Assembly: GCF_037042905.1 (NCBI RefSeq)
Contig: NC_087245.1
Coordinates: 6,760,001 to 6,824,000, forward strand
Direction: 5' to 3'
DNA from: Lytechinus pictus
Taxonomy: Eukaryota
Length of the DNA: 64,000 nucleotides
Position 1 is the first letter of the stretch, and every line of letters starts with the position of its first letter. Below, one piece after another: positions 10,999-25,172 of this stretch. The position numbers and the translations under genes are program-made. The notes beneath the pieces are model-generated. The model was not told the origin of the DNA and searched no databases. It saw nothing but the letters and a program-made list of their open reading frames with translations.

Positions 10999-13900
10999 AG
11001 TCACTGTTTACATAATACGTGATCTGCACAGCTTCGTTTACTTGAAGATCTAGGCCTCGACCGTCATGGACTCTGGAAGCTTGGATATCTAACGACACCG
11101 CCAAATTCGATCCTATCCGGTTTTCCTATCCTTTTGCGAAATTTATTTTATTGATGGTAATAATTACACAATGTTTATATGCATGGATTACAATTGGTCA
11201 TGTGAACGATGATGAAAATGATGAAACAAACAGAGGACGTACACAAAGGTATAAGATTACATTAACTACCACTTTTTTTCTTCTAAATCCCGCCGAACAC
11301 TTCAGCATCCGACGAGTATAACCTAACTTTTATTTTAGCAAATATCATTTGGAATCAAGTTCAAAAAGTAAGCTTTTTAAGTTCTGAAGAATGCTACGAA
11401 AACTGAAATCTATATTCTGCAGAACGCTTACCCTTGTTGTTGGAGTAAAGTCCAATTCGGCTTCTAATTGCAGCCGATTGAAAGATTACGATTTTTTATC
11501 ATGGTTAATGAATTACCCTTTATTTCGACTGGAAAGCTCATAGTAGCCTAAATATACTTCTAATATCCATAACCATGATAACACTACCGTGGACCTTGGT
11601 GGGGGTGTTCTTATCAATGTTATTACGAAAAAAATCATGAACTTCTCCATCAGGTCGAGTGGGCATCGGGTTTTCTTTGTCAGAGTGACGTAACCGCATC
11701 TATACATTGTAGTGCGAGTTGTGAAGCATGACCCGCCCTAATATACATCATAACTATGATACTGTAAACCCCATAAGAACTTATTCTTAAACATAAATTC
11801 ATTAAATTAAGACTACTTTTAGGAATGGGTAATTGATTGACAAGTTACTTTCAAGGAAATAATAGTCAACTCTGTTTCCAAAAAGAGCTTCTAATTATAC
11901 GAGTACATTGCACAAATCAAGAATGTGTTCGTTGCCCACTTAAATTACATTTCTATGTTTATAATGATCAATCACATATTATTACCTGGTGTTTTATGCA
12001 ACAGTAAATATCTTTACATGACATTTCGACTTCAAGTGGAAGTGTAAAAACTGTACCAAGTTTAAGATTTGTTTATATTTTTTTTTATCTTTTATACATG
12101 TGTGTGACAATGTTTGCTGTGAATTTAGTGCGATTGTTAGATAACAGAAACTCCCAACATATTTAGACCGTTTGTTCTGTTTTTCAAAATTTATCTAAGG
12201 TTAGCATTGTAGATAAAAACAATCAAGTCGGACTTTATGCATAACCAGGTGCACGTTATTTGTACAGGTTAATATCTGACATTAATCGAGAAGTATAATT
12301 TTCCACCATATCTAAAGAATACTCGTGTCGTATACGTAAGCAATTAGTTTGTAAGATTTATTGTCAAGATTATCATAATAATCACAAAAAAAGATACCAG
12401 TTTTCCTTCTAAGTGAAAAAATAATAGAGGCGATGCATAGCTCCTTTGATGCCCGTATATCGAGTGTACAAAAAGAATATGAGTCACGACGAGTAGGTGC
12501 TCACTTTTACAGCTTAAAGAAATATATCTTATATTTTCTATGTTTTATTCATGGAATGAAGCAACTATGTTGATGACAAGGAAATCACCTCCTGCTTGTA
12601 AATGCATTAATGTGTTCTAGTTTATTTTCCCAACGAATTAGAAATAAGGAAATGAATAGCACGATTTCTCACAATAAACATGATAAAGCCTCTCATTACT
12701 GAAATTAAACAATAGGCACCAATGCCACCAAAAATCAGCTACAGCATCCCTGGGAAATTGCATGGTCGGAGCCGATTTAATAGTGTTATTGTTATTGCAA
12801 CAGTATGAAAAAATGAAATACATTTGTATATTTCATTACAATTCTTATTTAAATATCATTTCCTTCGATAAATGTTTCATAACGATATAGGCACGTTTCT
12901 TCTCAAAACAATGATTAAACTGATGAATATTCCTAGATGTCGTCCCCTTGAGGTTTAAGACTTTGGTGATTTTTTTTCATCTCTTTATTGAACTTTCTTA
13001 GTTAACTGTCTCAATGTACATGTGGGTATACTACAAAGTACTTCCAGTATAGTGGAAAGAAGTTGTATCAAACCATGGTGATTTAAACATTCTACATTTA
13101 AGCACCAAGTTTGTATTATACATGGTATATCTGTTGAAAATTTTAATGTTGTATTTTGGGGAAATACAAAAGAAGAAGAAGAACACAAACAACAAAAACA
13201 GTGTGGGGGAGACAATTTTCTCTCCAATTGGTTTGGTGTATAAAAGGAAATATAGATTATGGGGAAAATGTGAAAGAAATCAAAGGAGGCAGAAGAATGT
13301 CATGAACTATGAAGGATAAAGAAAAATTGAAAAGCATGGTTTGAAAACTTGTCTTTCAGAGCACTTTGTTTGCAGTTCTGTTTGCGTTTAGAATTTTTTT
13401 TTACAACCGATGAAAATCTACTTAATGCGATCGCAGTTTGAACCGAAGGCATTCAAGCTCTTTAGATTCATTGGTAGACCGGTTTATTTCACACAGGACA
13501 GTAAAGGAGAGAGAGAGAGCGTATACAATTTAGTAATTTTCATGAGATAATCATTTTTATTGCAATAAATTATCATTTCTTAAATTAATCATCTTCATAT
13601 ACACATTGTGATTGGAATGCATAAACACTTCATCTTCAAGGCAACTCATAACCACATCAAATTCAAGACTTTCAAAGTCAGTATTCATAAAAAAATACAA
13701 CCATCCAATAGCAATTGCAGCATTATGACATGATTGAAAGAACCCACAGAGATCGTCACAAAACTGCTCGATATTACAAAGTAACCGAATGCTATATGAT
13801 AACCGATTGTTTTAAACAAATTTTCTGTTTGCCGATGGGGGTAAAAAGAAACATTTGGGGAATGATGAACAGTTAAAATGACATTAACAGCTAACAAAAA

Positions 13901-14525
13901 TGACAATAAAAAGAAGCATGATTAAAAATGGCACATCATTGAGTAATACGATACATTGATATTGCAAGAAAACAATATTCCCTGATTCTTCATTTCATTC
14001 CTGATATACATGATTTGTTCAATATCATTTTTAATGGTGAGATAATCATGAAATCAATTCATAGATTAGACCATGTGTTCTCTGAATCCATTATAATAGT
14101 GAAAATTATGAAAAATACAAGTAACATTGGAAATCTGAATTTAGACCAATCTATAAATCTGTTGGTCTAATATTTTCTTTTAAATGCATGTACAATTTTT
14201 GATTTGTCGAAAATTCAACCTCATTAGAGAGAAAGAGAGAGAGAGAGAAAGAAAGATAGAGAGGGGGAGAGTAATCAAGCATTTATCATCATTTTATAAT
14301 CATCAACTATTTCAATTAAATTCACCTGATTCAATTCACTTGACAAAAGTGCACTTCTTAAAACAAAATTATTTCAGATTATCACTAACATATCAATTAA
14401 AAAACATAACGAATCATGATGAAAATTTAATAAGAAAGACATTTTAGTTCAAATCAAAATCATTTGATAATCCATTGCACACACATTTTAAATTATACAT
14501 TTTCTTATAAACACATCTGTAAACT

Positions 14526-14745
14526 GAGGAGCGTTTCATCAACATTTTTGTCTGACAAGTGGCCAGATCTGACAATTTTCCTTAGTTCTGATTGGCTAAG
14601 ATGCACTGTTACTATGGTAACTGTCAGATGCAATGGGACTTGTCGGATAAAACTTCTGACAAATAAGCGTTTTTATAATAATAATAATAAACACAGCATT
14701 TATTATGCGCCATCTATCTAGTAAACTATTCATGAAACGCTCACC
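14526..14745. mobile_element. Palindromic MITE with nested (ATA)n SINE-tail-like fragment
   Basis: GAGCGTTTCAT ... ATGAAACGCTC inverted ends; internal GATTGGCT..GTTACTATGGTAAC core. Confidence 0.6.
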
Positions 14746-17700
14746 TTATGTACTCCAACTAAATGTTGTACTGGGCCACATGACAGCATTTCGGTGGACC
14801 AATGATTTTTTTTTACTCTGATGGCGAGTCAAGTTTTTGTTGTTGCTCATATAGCAAGTCATTTTTTTTTAAACTTCCAGCCCCCACCCCCTGGATATCT
14901 CTGGTGCGTCCATTAACAGCAAACATTACACAGCACCTTAAAATAGAGTTTGAAACTATTTTACAGCATGATGCAATTTTCATGATTTTCAAATTTGAAA
15001 GACTTGCATGAATAAAAGAAAGAAATTAGTTGAAAGAACAAGTACACAAATAATACAGCTATTTCGGAAATTATCATTTTGATACATCGAACTTGGCACG
15101 AACTTACAAACTGAGATCCAAATGCAATCCTTTTACTGACAATAAAAATTGTATTGCATTCGTTTTAGTGAAAGTTGAGATGGGGAATTCTATCAGAATG
15201 AATGAATGAATGCAAGACAATGCTAATGAAATAAGTATTTCTAATATTTAACATTTAAATCGTAGCATGGAGCTAGCTCCATAGTTGTACTACAGTATGA
15301 TTTATTAACTTGTTATAGCAGAGCGTAGGCTGAATCTTCGTGAAAACAATCAAATATAACACGTTTAACTGTACCTGCGAATTCTATATATTGTAACGAT
15401 AATTCAGATTTCGTTGCAACGATGGATGTTTAGATTTTTGACCCATCTAATTATTCCATAATTATTTGAATTACTACACGCGGGATGGATGAATATAATG
15501 TCATATAAGCATACGTCTCTTTCTGAGAGAAAATCAACACGAGTGGTTATATTTTAGCCAAACAAAGAATATATAATTTTTCTTGGTATGCGATGGATTC
15601 TTAATGGAAGGCTTAATCTTAACCATGATGAGTATAACTATTGGAATGGTGTGACAAAAAAAGTATTATTCGCAATCACACAAACCTGTTCATTTTAGAA
15701 GGGTGTATTGTTCATGTTGTTAGTGGATGTCATAAAGTGTCATAAACATATTATACGACAAAAAATATTTTGTCGGAATACAAACAATACAAATGGATGA
15801 TGTGCACAATTGAGGAATGAATGACTTTAGATTAATGATTATATCGCCTATGACAATGATTTAAAGAGAGCTAATTAGATGGTTCTTAAAATTGTTCTTC
15901 TATAAACGGCAAACGTATGCTGCGTAAGTTTCGCGTGTTAGTTTGTTCGTTTGCGTTTTTTGTGTAAGAATAATACAATTTTTAGCATGGAATATTCGGG
16001 TGGATACAAAATTTTAAAATTCAATTCTTTTATGTTTTTTATCAAACATATCCTCTACCAGCGACAACTTTGACCCTCTCTTGAGAAGCGTTTATCAAAA
16101 GACACGTTGTTTAACTTGTGGTATCCTATTAGAACATTTCCTATATCAAATCTAATATACGTCATATGACAAGATTTATTTTGCCAGTAAAAATATCTGA
16201 TACTGTTGATGATTATCATGAACATTGCAGCTTATCTTTAAAATTTGTTCTACCAAAAATTAAATCGAAGTCACACAGTATTTATGGTGAACAAAAATCG
16301 AATTGTCGTGTCAGATGAGAGGGCTTACTGATCAGAGGTGTATCTTTACCCTTGGTGATCAAAGATCAGAAATAATAAAGACTTATATTTTTATGAAGCC
16401 CTTCTCGTTTTGAGAAGACAAACTTGAAACTGTTACATGCACTGCAGGCAGCCAGCTGTTTAAAAGGTTTCACTTCAGATTTTCGTTAATATCACTGTAA
16501 TAGCAAAACCGGTTACCTTTGGTGTGCTCAATACACAGGTCTTGATGAGCTCTCTTGAACTGACTTTGGACTATCTCCATTAACCAGCACAACCCTGAGT
16601 TACCATAGCACGAAAGTCGATAGCATTCAATGGGTTAAGTCATGATCGCCTCCCATACTCGAATATTTCCGGATGGTATATACTCGAACCGAGTGCCATA
16701 AACAGCGATTCTTTAACGTAGAGGGCGTGGTTCAAATCAGATTGACGCTGCAACACAATGATAGAAAATGTACCGATGTGACACTTCGTTGAGTGCCGTG
16801 TCATACATTTCTTGTTACATGTACATGTACTTCATATACAACAACATCTCTTTTAAAGGAAATTTTTGCTAGAATATCAATTTATTTTTTCTACTGGGAA
16901 ATGACAATCTTTTTAAAAGTCTTATAATCCCCTGGAACTGTGGAATGAAAGAATACAAAATAAGACAAAGTATGCTTAGAGATAACGGACATGGCGGATG
17001 CCAATCTATCTTTTTAAAATCATATTTTTCATTCTAAACTATATAAAGCTTTATAAGTGAATACCATTGGTTCAGTAACGATACAACAAACACATCTTTG
17101 CCTTAACCGAGACCGACTTGTTAAACTCTGTTTATTATTTTTTTTATGGACGCTTTTTAACTACCTTGGAATGCAAAGAAAATAATATTTGTTGGTATCG
17201 ACCGAAATATATTGGTAATAAAGGCATTGCTATTACACTTTTAAAAAATCCAAAAACCCTGAATCCTATATATATAAAATAAATATATCATCACGGTAGA
17301 TCTACAGTGGAATACGTTTAGATAAGTTTAGAAGAGTAATTCCTTTTGATGGAATCACCGTCCTTTTTTGGGATGCATTTTGAGAGACGGTGAACAATCT
17401 TTTGCTGGAATGTTTTAGTCTAGCACTAATAAAAAATGATTAAATTAAGTCAAGCTGATTATAACTGAAAGCACACAACTCACTTTAAATAGGCAAATAT
17501 AGGATAGGCAATTTTCATTCCTGTTGTAGATTTAAAAAGATGAATAAACAAGTAAAACCCCAAAAGACGACTGAATGGACTTATCCTCCAATCATGGAGC
17601 TATCTGTAATAGCTCTATGCTCAAGGGCACATCTCTCTACTTTTCTACATTGTATATTAATTCTCTTTAGAAAGAAAATCGTAAATCAACATTCGAAACG

Positions 17701-19727
17701 GTCATTATGATCCTTTTCAAATTAACAGATGTAAGTGCATCTTTTGATGAAAAATGCAACCATGTACAAACTCAGTTCGTTGTTAAGTTACGAATAATTT
17801 TACAGCGAATGTAAACCCTGCTAAGACACTGTAAAAAAAACATTAAATTTGAAAATTGATGAAGGTAATACAATTTTAAAAGTATATACAGGATTCTTAA
17901 ACATCTTTCAACGTGGTGAAACGGCAATGAATTGTGTGGTTTTCCAATTAGAGATGGCAAATTTCAATTAAAGAATTTCAAATATCATGGGAGCGACGAG
18001 CGACAAAATATTTTCATTACATCTAAATGTCTTAGTTTTTTTTTGTTGGTGAAAATAATGTACCCCATTGACATTTTCACGTGGTCTGTTGTTAACTACA
18101 GCATTTAAACAAATGTAACCCATGTGAAGAATAGCCTATCAAGACATTAATACATTCTAACCAAAATTCAGACCGAATCGGTGAAGATTTACAATTAAAC
18201 AAAAACATGTTTTTTTTTACTCATTTTCTTTTACACCTTTATTGCTTGGCATGCATGTATCCGACCTAACCTAGCACAGAATATACCCTTTTAACATGCT
18301 GAAAGAACACCCTCCCCGAAAATATCTTATTAAGCTTCCCAAGTAGTTTTCACTCTTGCGAGAAAGGTGTAACGTAAAAAAAGTTATGTCTTATTTGTGC
18401 AAATTTGGCCGCACAAATTTGTTCCACCCCAAACATCAGAACGTATCCTCACTTCGCAAAATACATATCTTGATTGACTGTATCTAACCATATTGACAAT
18501 GAATTGACATGCATGGTTTTGCAGAAGATTAAAAAGTGGAACCTCGCTGAAAATGTCGTAAAAGTGGTGAAGATTTACATACAGCAACAAAAATCGGAGG
18601 GAAGTATTAAAGTTAACATTAATTACGAACATAGTCCTTTCATAACGGTGGGATAAAATATATTATACAAAACATGAACAGAAGCAAGCACATTCAACTT
18701 TCAGATAAAACACAATTTTTAACGATGTTTAACGCTTACTATGATATATACAAAATAATTTTCATCTCATTCTAGATTTACACAGAATTTGCTTAGAGCA
18801 TAACATGAAAAATAAAATAATTCATAAGCTTTAAATATACATTTAAGAACCTTTGTATAAAAAGTATAATTTAACAATAATCAATAAATACTGTCATTAT
18901 ATGGCATCAACAATGCCGTATTATAAACTCTTAAACGGTGTAGTCGATTCATACAAAAAAAATGATAGAATTTATAAAGTTCACGAGATGAAATGATAAA
19001 ATTCAGATTTCATAATCATTGACGTCTTCTTACTCGCCCTGCTTCCTACCTACACTACCTTTTTCTTTAATATTAAAGTTTTTTGTTATACATAAACAGA
19101 ATAAAAATCACGCTTAATGAAAATGCCTTATAAAATGTTGCTGAGTTGGCGCCAACTCAGTACTGATTAGATGTTAGGTTGCAAGTAAGTTGATACTGAG
19201 TTGGAAGGTAAATGATTCTTTGGTGTTATCTCATTGGGCAGACCAACTTTGCCCCGCCCCAAGTCCGTTCGCAAACACACATACATACTCGCATGCCTAA
19301 CCTTGAATACGGCTCGGTCAAAATATGTTTTGGACCCTTTGGAGTTCGGTTCATTATAAGTCCCGGAATTCACATTTTGCCAGGCCAAAAAAACTTTCAG
19401 CTTTAGATTGGGAAAGGGTGTCATATAATCATGAGCAATTAGAAGCATTGTCTGTTCCCCACCGATCTTATTTGATTAGAATAACTTGATATGATGAGAC
19501 TAATCGGCAGTTTGCAATAGCGATTCTATAAAGTATACACCGAATCTTGCTGTTTCGTTTCTGGAATACTTGCAGTAGGCCTACTCTGCGAGTTGTCTCG
19601 GAACACGAGTATGTACACTTCATAATCTTTCACCTATGGCAGTTACAGCACGCTCGTCCAACGAAACAACCTTACTGCAGTGCAACGCACCTCGCGCAAG
19701 GCATCCGCCGCGCAGGCAATTTTCTCT

Positions 19728-22700
19728 TTATACCTTCTCATCCAGTCGATCATCTTCGACTCTGGGTATTTCCGGCATGACATCCTGACTGATGGTGTTC
19801 GGTGGATCAGTCTCTTCATTGCTCTCCTTGGCTGGACGGTAGGTGACGAGAGCAAGGATGATGGAAATGATTGACACACCTTTAACACATTGCAACATGA
19901 TGAGAGTATATCGAGATAACTCTGCATTATCATACATCCAACAGTTCCGGCTGCCATCGCATTCATCCTCCCATATTAGGCACGTTCGGTCAATGAGGGA
20001 ACCGAAGATAATTGGTGCCGGTATAGATCCTGGTAAAGAATATAGGAGAGAAGTAGCATTAAATTTTACAGTTTCTCGTTTGATAAGCGAATGTGTAGAA
20101 ATTGACGACTTTGTTATAGCAGGGAAATTTCCCGCTTATAGTATAGTGACGCGAATGGTATAACCAGTTGGAAGATGTCCCTAACCTTGCGATTATACAT
20201 TATACATTCTGGTTGATTGGTTTATTCATACGGGAAAATGGCTCTTGTAAGTCAGCACCCTTCCCCCAAATCAATAGCTTTTATGCCGATCTTTGACAAG
20301 AAAAAAAAACTAATGAGGATCAATGCTCATGTACCAAACACTACCTAATACTACATTACCGAAATAACACTACCGAAATAATAATGTACGGTCATTGTAT
20401 TTCGAGACTTCCCACCCTCTCCAGCAAACCATGGACCTAATAGTAGGAGGTCCATGAGCAAACCAGCCCAATACCCGTCTACACTCGACGATTCTGTCTG
20501 TGAGAGAGTGGATTGTACTTACCTAAACACCTGTATATAACAGACTGCACTCCCAAGGCAAATGTTCTCTGCGATTGCGAGACACAACTGAAAAGAACAT
20601 GATAAACGTTGTTTGCTATGAATAACAAAATATATTTATATATGGGGTTTAAAAAGCAATATTGAAATCATAGTGTATGTCTGTGGAAAGCGATTCCCAA
20701 CTTTAGAAAAAAAATCATAAGCTGAATTTCAGTGCCAATATGTATATAGTTATGAGGATCGTAAACGTCCCTTAAAAAATAATCGTTGGTGTAACTGCTA
20801 AAAAGGTCTTGATACTTACCGTAGAGTGGCAGTAAGCTGTGGGACGGCTATCATAGATGTTACAGTAATTAGAGCAAAGGTGAGTAAGATGAAGGTCAGT
20901 TGAGAAGAGCACCCCTGTTCACAGCGACCACCAGTACCTTTCCCTGCGATTCCTGCAGTGGTGTTCGTATGCGGTATACAGTCACAATCAGAATAAAGCT
21001 AGGATGATAAGAAAAACGCGAATTTGTTTTAATTATAACGAACATATAGCCTTAATTTATTATGCCAAAGTTTTTCTCAAGCATTAATGCTAAGATTTAA
21101 GAGCTTATAATATGTATAAAGAGCACCAAAACGGGTAAACGATAAAGAGTAGCTTGCTGGATTTCGGAAACATGACGAATGAATACTATACCTGATGAAA
21201 ATGGGTGCATTTGATTGGTTGTTCATTATACTAAGGCCTATACGACTGTCGGGTGACATTTTTTTTTACCTCTTTCTCTGTGACCATGATCAGAGTTTCA
21301 GTCATGATCACATGATATTGACTGGCTTTGAGGGAGATACCATATTTTCCAAAGTAATTTCATATTGCCCGAGTCATGAACGAGGGCAATATGGGTCTAC
21401 CGTACAATGTGTTTGGAATCTCTAGAAAATTAATGCCATTCGATATTTCATATCCCAAACAAAAATTATGTTATTTTCTTACCGATATAGATTCTTCATT
21501 GTATGTCTTAACTGTGCACCCAGCATGGCATGGTGAGTAGTACATGACGTCATCCTCACCACACACAGGTTGGAAGTTATTGGTACACATACAATCACCA
21601 TTACAAGTAGCTGTAACGTTTGATCCTTCCTCTGGTGTTATGTCTGTGGGGCTACAAATTTACAATGAAATAATATTGAAACAGATAAAGATTAAAGATT
21701 TCTGATACGATAGGGCCTAATCATACAAATTATTGAAGAAAATAATTATGTGGTACCCAATGACTGTTTACAATTTGCTGTTAGCCCTACCCCGGTTTCT
21801 CCCCCCCCCCCATCCTTGTTTCTGAACTCGGTATTAATAGCTACGCTAGTAGCTAAGTGAAAAAAAAAGCAAATTAAATTCAGTCCGACTAAGACTTATC
21901 TATTCTTGTACAAACATGCAGAGAGGAATAAACCATATCTTTATGCGTTTCATACGTCATGTACGTAGTTCCCACTGTCACAATTTGCGCGATTGATATC
22001 GTGGTCTCAATCGCGGAGTAATCGTTGTGATCCTATCAGATCTCATCAGATCACGGGGTCAGTCGTGGCAATCGTAGTGATCGTAGACAATTTTTGAACA
22101 CGATGAGCTGTCAATCGTGACAATCACATCAAAACGTGCTTGAATGTAAGAGAACGTGACAGATCACATCTAATCTTTGTTTGAAAGCGGGGTGATCTTG
22201 GTCATCCTGAGACAAGTATAGTGTGTATTATTCCTTTGGCGACCTATGGCGATTAAAGGGCAATTAAGGGCCCCTCAGTATGTTTGTATTTTTTGTTGGT
22301 GAGGTGACTACGTCAAAACAAATGTTTATGTATTTTGTAACATTTCCTTGTTTTGGGATAGGAAATGGAGTGTTTGCAATTAAATTTCTGATTTTCAGAA
22401 ATAATTTTTAAGGTTGCAATTTTTATCATTTTTGCGGTGGTCGTGGATTTCATTTCTTTCATTAATTTTTTTTTTTTTCTTATTTCTTGATCAAATGGGT
22501 GGTCAAAACAAGGACCGTTCAGATGGGGGGGGGGGGGGGAACAAGATCTTACAAGTCTTGCCGTTGTTGAGGAAGGTCATGACGAATCGGGTTCCTAACC
22601 TTCTGTTCAACCAGGAGTTCAAAAAGTCGCCGTTCGGGTTCAAGTTTCAACACATTAATCATCATCCCCATCACCATCACCACCACCACTATTTTATCCC

Positions 22701-25140
22701 TTATCCTAAACATATTCCGGATAGTGCATGCAACTGCACCATTGTGGTGAGATACAGTATGACTTTGTGTGTTCTCTCTGATTCTTTAATGTGCTGTGGA
22801 TGAGTTGGGAGGTACAATAGGTTGATCCAGATCTGCCCAGTCCACATTTTGTCTCTCTACGCACCTGGAAACATTGTGGTTTCCATTCTCACTGTCCGGC
22901 TGTAGTGCAGCAATGCCCAGATACACCGTGCAATAGTCTGTTCTGCAGAAGGACTGAAGCTTCCACGGAATCCTTTTCCATTGTCCTGTGGAGAAATCTG
23001 AATCTGCTGGCAAGTATTCCGAAGCAAAGACATTCTCAACTACTCTCCTCCCATAGGAGATTCGATAATTCAAGATTCTTTCCTCTCTGGACAATACTCT
23101 TCTGCTGTATGGCTTCCTGATATATAGTACGAATGCTTTATCCCAACATGCCCAGAGATTAAAGAAAGCAATGTTGTGATGATCATCGGTACTTCCAATA
23201 GGCAGGGTGGAGCTATTCCTACTAGGTTTCCTCTTCGAAACCTGCATGTGAACAGCTCAGAGTCGCCAAATATCTGAGCATCTGACATAAGTCCTTTCCA
23301 CTAAGCTCAATCCATATGAACTTACAATCCATGTCCACCATAGCCAGAAGAAAAATCTGGAATAAGTCCTTATGCAGGATGCAGGTGTGGGATTGGTTCT
23401 TGATTGCGATTCATGGCTCCGACAACGTAAGGGATTTATCACTTCTGCTTAAACTAGTAGACTTTCGCTGTCCAGACTTTACGCAACCAAAATACATTTA
23501 CGCTTGCACAATAATTGCCTGTTATATTCCAGAATGATCTTTGAGATGCTGGACATTACATACCTAAAAGCCTACGCAAGGGACTAATAGACATGATGTT
23601 TTCAGTGGCCAGGTTCTCAGAGTAACTGGCAATTTGAGACCCAAAGGATTGTCTAAAATGTTCCTTCTTGGTTAATCATGTTAATGGGGCTGGAGGACTG
23701 GCCAAAATGTTGTCTTTGTGTCATGCACAACCCCAAAACTATCTGACTGCAGATTTCCTGACTTTCTGTGGTTGGTGATGGGGTTTGCCTTGCTGTTCCT
23801 AGTATTCTTCTCCACTGGAGACAATGTAAGCATACCGTCATCTTTCTATACTGCCATAATTGTAGTAGGTCATAGTCTTCATTATTTACTCTATGGAAAG
23901 TCAAGAAAAAATGAAACCTATGGCCACTTGGATTTCATTAATATCCGTCAATCTCCAGTTGTAGGGCAATATTATTGGTGATAACTTTCGATCCCAGTCC
24001 GCATCGGTTCGTAATGGTCGTATCCGAACGTACATACACGTACCAGATAGTCATAAATAAAATATCTGATCCTGATGTTCGTATGAGATCTTTACCTAAC
24101 CGCGTACTCAACCGGGACAATCCCATCGGAAAGTATTCGATCATATCTGAACGGGATACCAGATCGTGGTACCTGAAAATGACCAATCGTGACCCTATCC
24201 CATCCAAGCGCATTAAATCATATCCATTAGTAATACCTCGTATCTCAACGTGAAATTTCAGAAAAGTTGACAAAAAAATCTGCGATCAGCTACGAAAGGA
24301 CAATCGCGGCGTTCGTAGCGCGAATCGTGACAGTGGGAGCTCTAATTAAGGACGCAATATACAGATCAGTTAAAAGCCAGGATGTTACTTACTCTCGTCC
24401 GTAGTTCACCGTTACACCAGCGAAGTCTACGTTTGCGCAGCTGATTAGGAAGACGAATTGGAAGGCAAAACTACAGAGAAGAACACCTAAAGTGAAACGC
24501 ATCATGCCTCGATACTTGAGATTAAAATGCTTGACGACCCAGCCACCAAACAAAGCACCTATAAAACTTGATGGTGTGACGATGATGCCTGGAGAATTAA
24601 TGAAACAAAAATAAGACTTCATGAGATTATATCGCAAATTCACCATTCATTAATTGTTAATTTCAAACCAACATAAAAAGCGCTGATTACGTAATGTTGG
24701 TTGAAGTGTGTAGTCATGTCAGTTGTTATATATCAGGAGAGAAAATTAAGGTTATTACATTGGCGCTAAAAACCATTAGACAACGATTAATCACAGTTTT
24801 AGGAAGATGACAACTGTTCTCGGAACTGTCACAGGTAATCGACAATTTAAATGACTTGTGTTTAAAGAACTAACATGATGTCACAATGCTGATGAACTTA
24901 TTTTGCGAGACTTTGTGATATCTTGCAAGCAATATGCTGCTTGCATTAGTTTCCACCACCACCACCACCACCACCATCATCATCACCATCATCATCATTA
25001 CCATCATCATCACCATCATCACCATCATCATCACCATCATCATCATCATAATCACCATCATCATCACCATCATCATCATCATCATAATCATCATCACCAT
25101 CATCATCACCATCATCATCACCATCATCATCACCATCATC

Positions 25141-25172
<32 letters not shown>

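Noticed and set aside
19547..20163. Several overlapping ORFs
   Set aside because: Alternative frames or antisense of the SLCO terminal exon and 3'UTR.
23938..24273. Overlapping 111-aa and 92-aa ORFs
   Set aside because: Lie in the subterminal repeat region of the Harbinger element; no recognisable motif.
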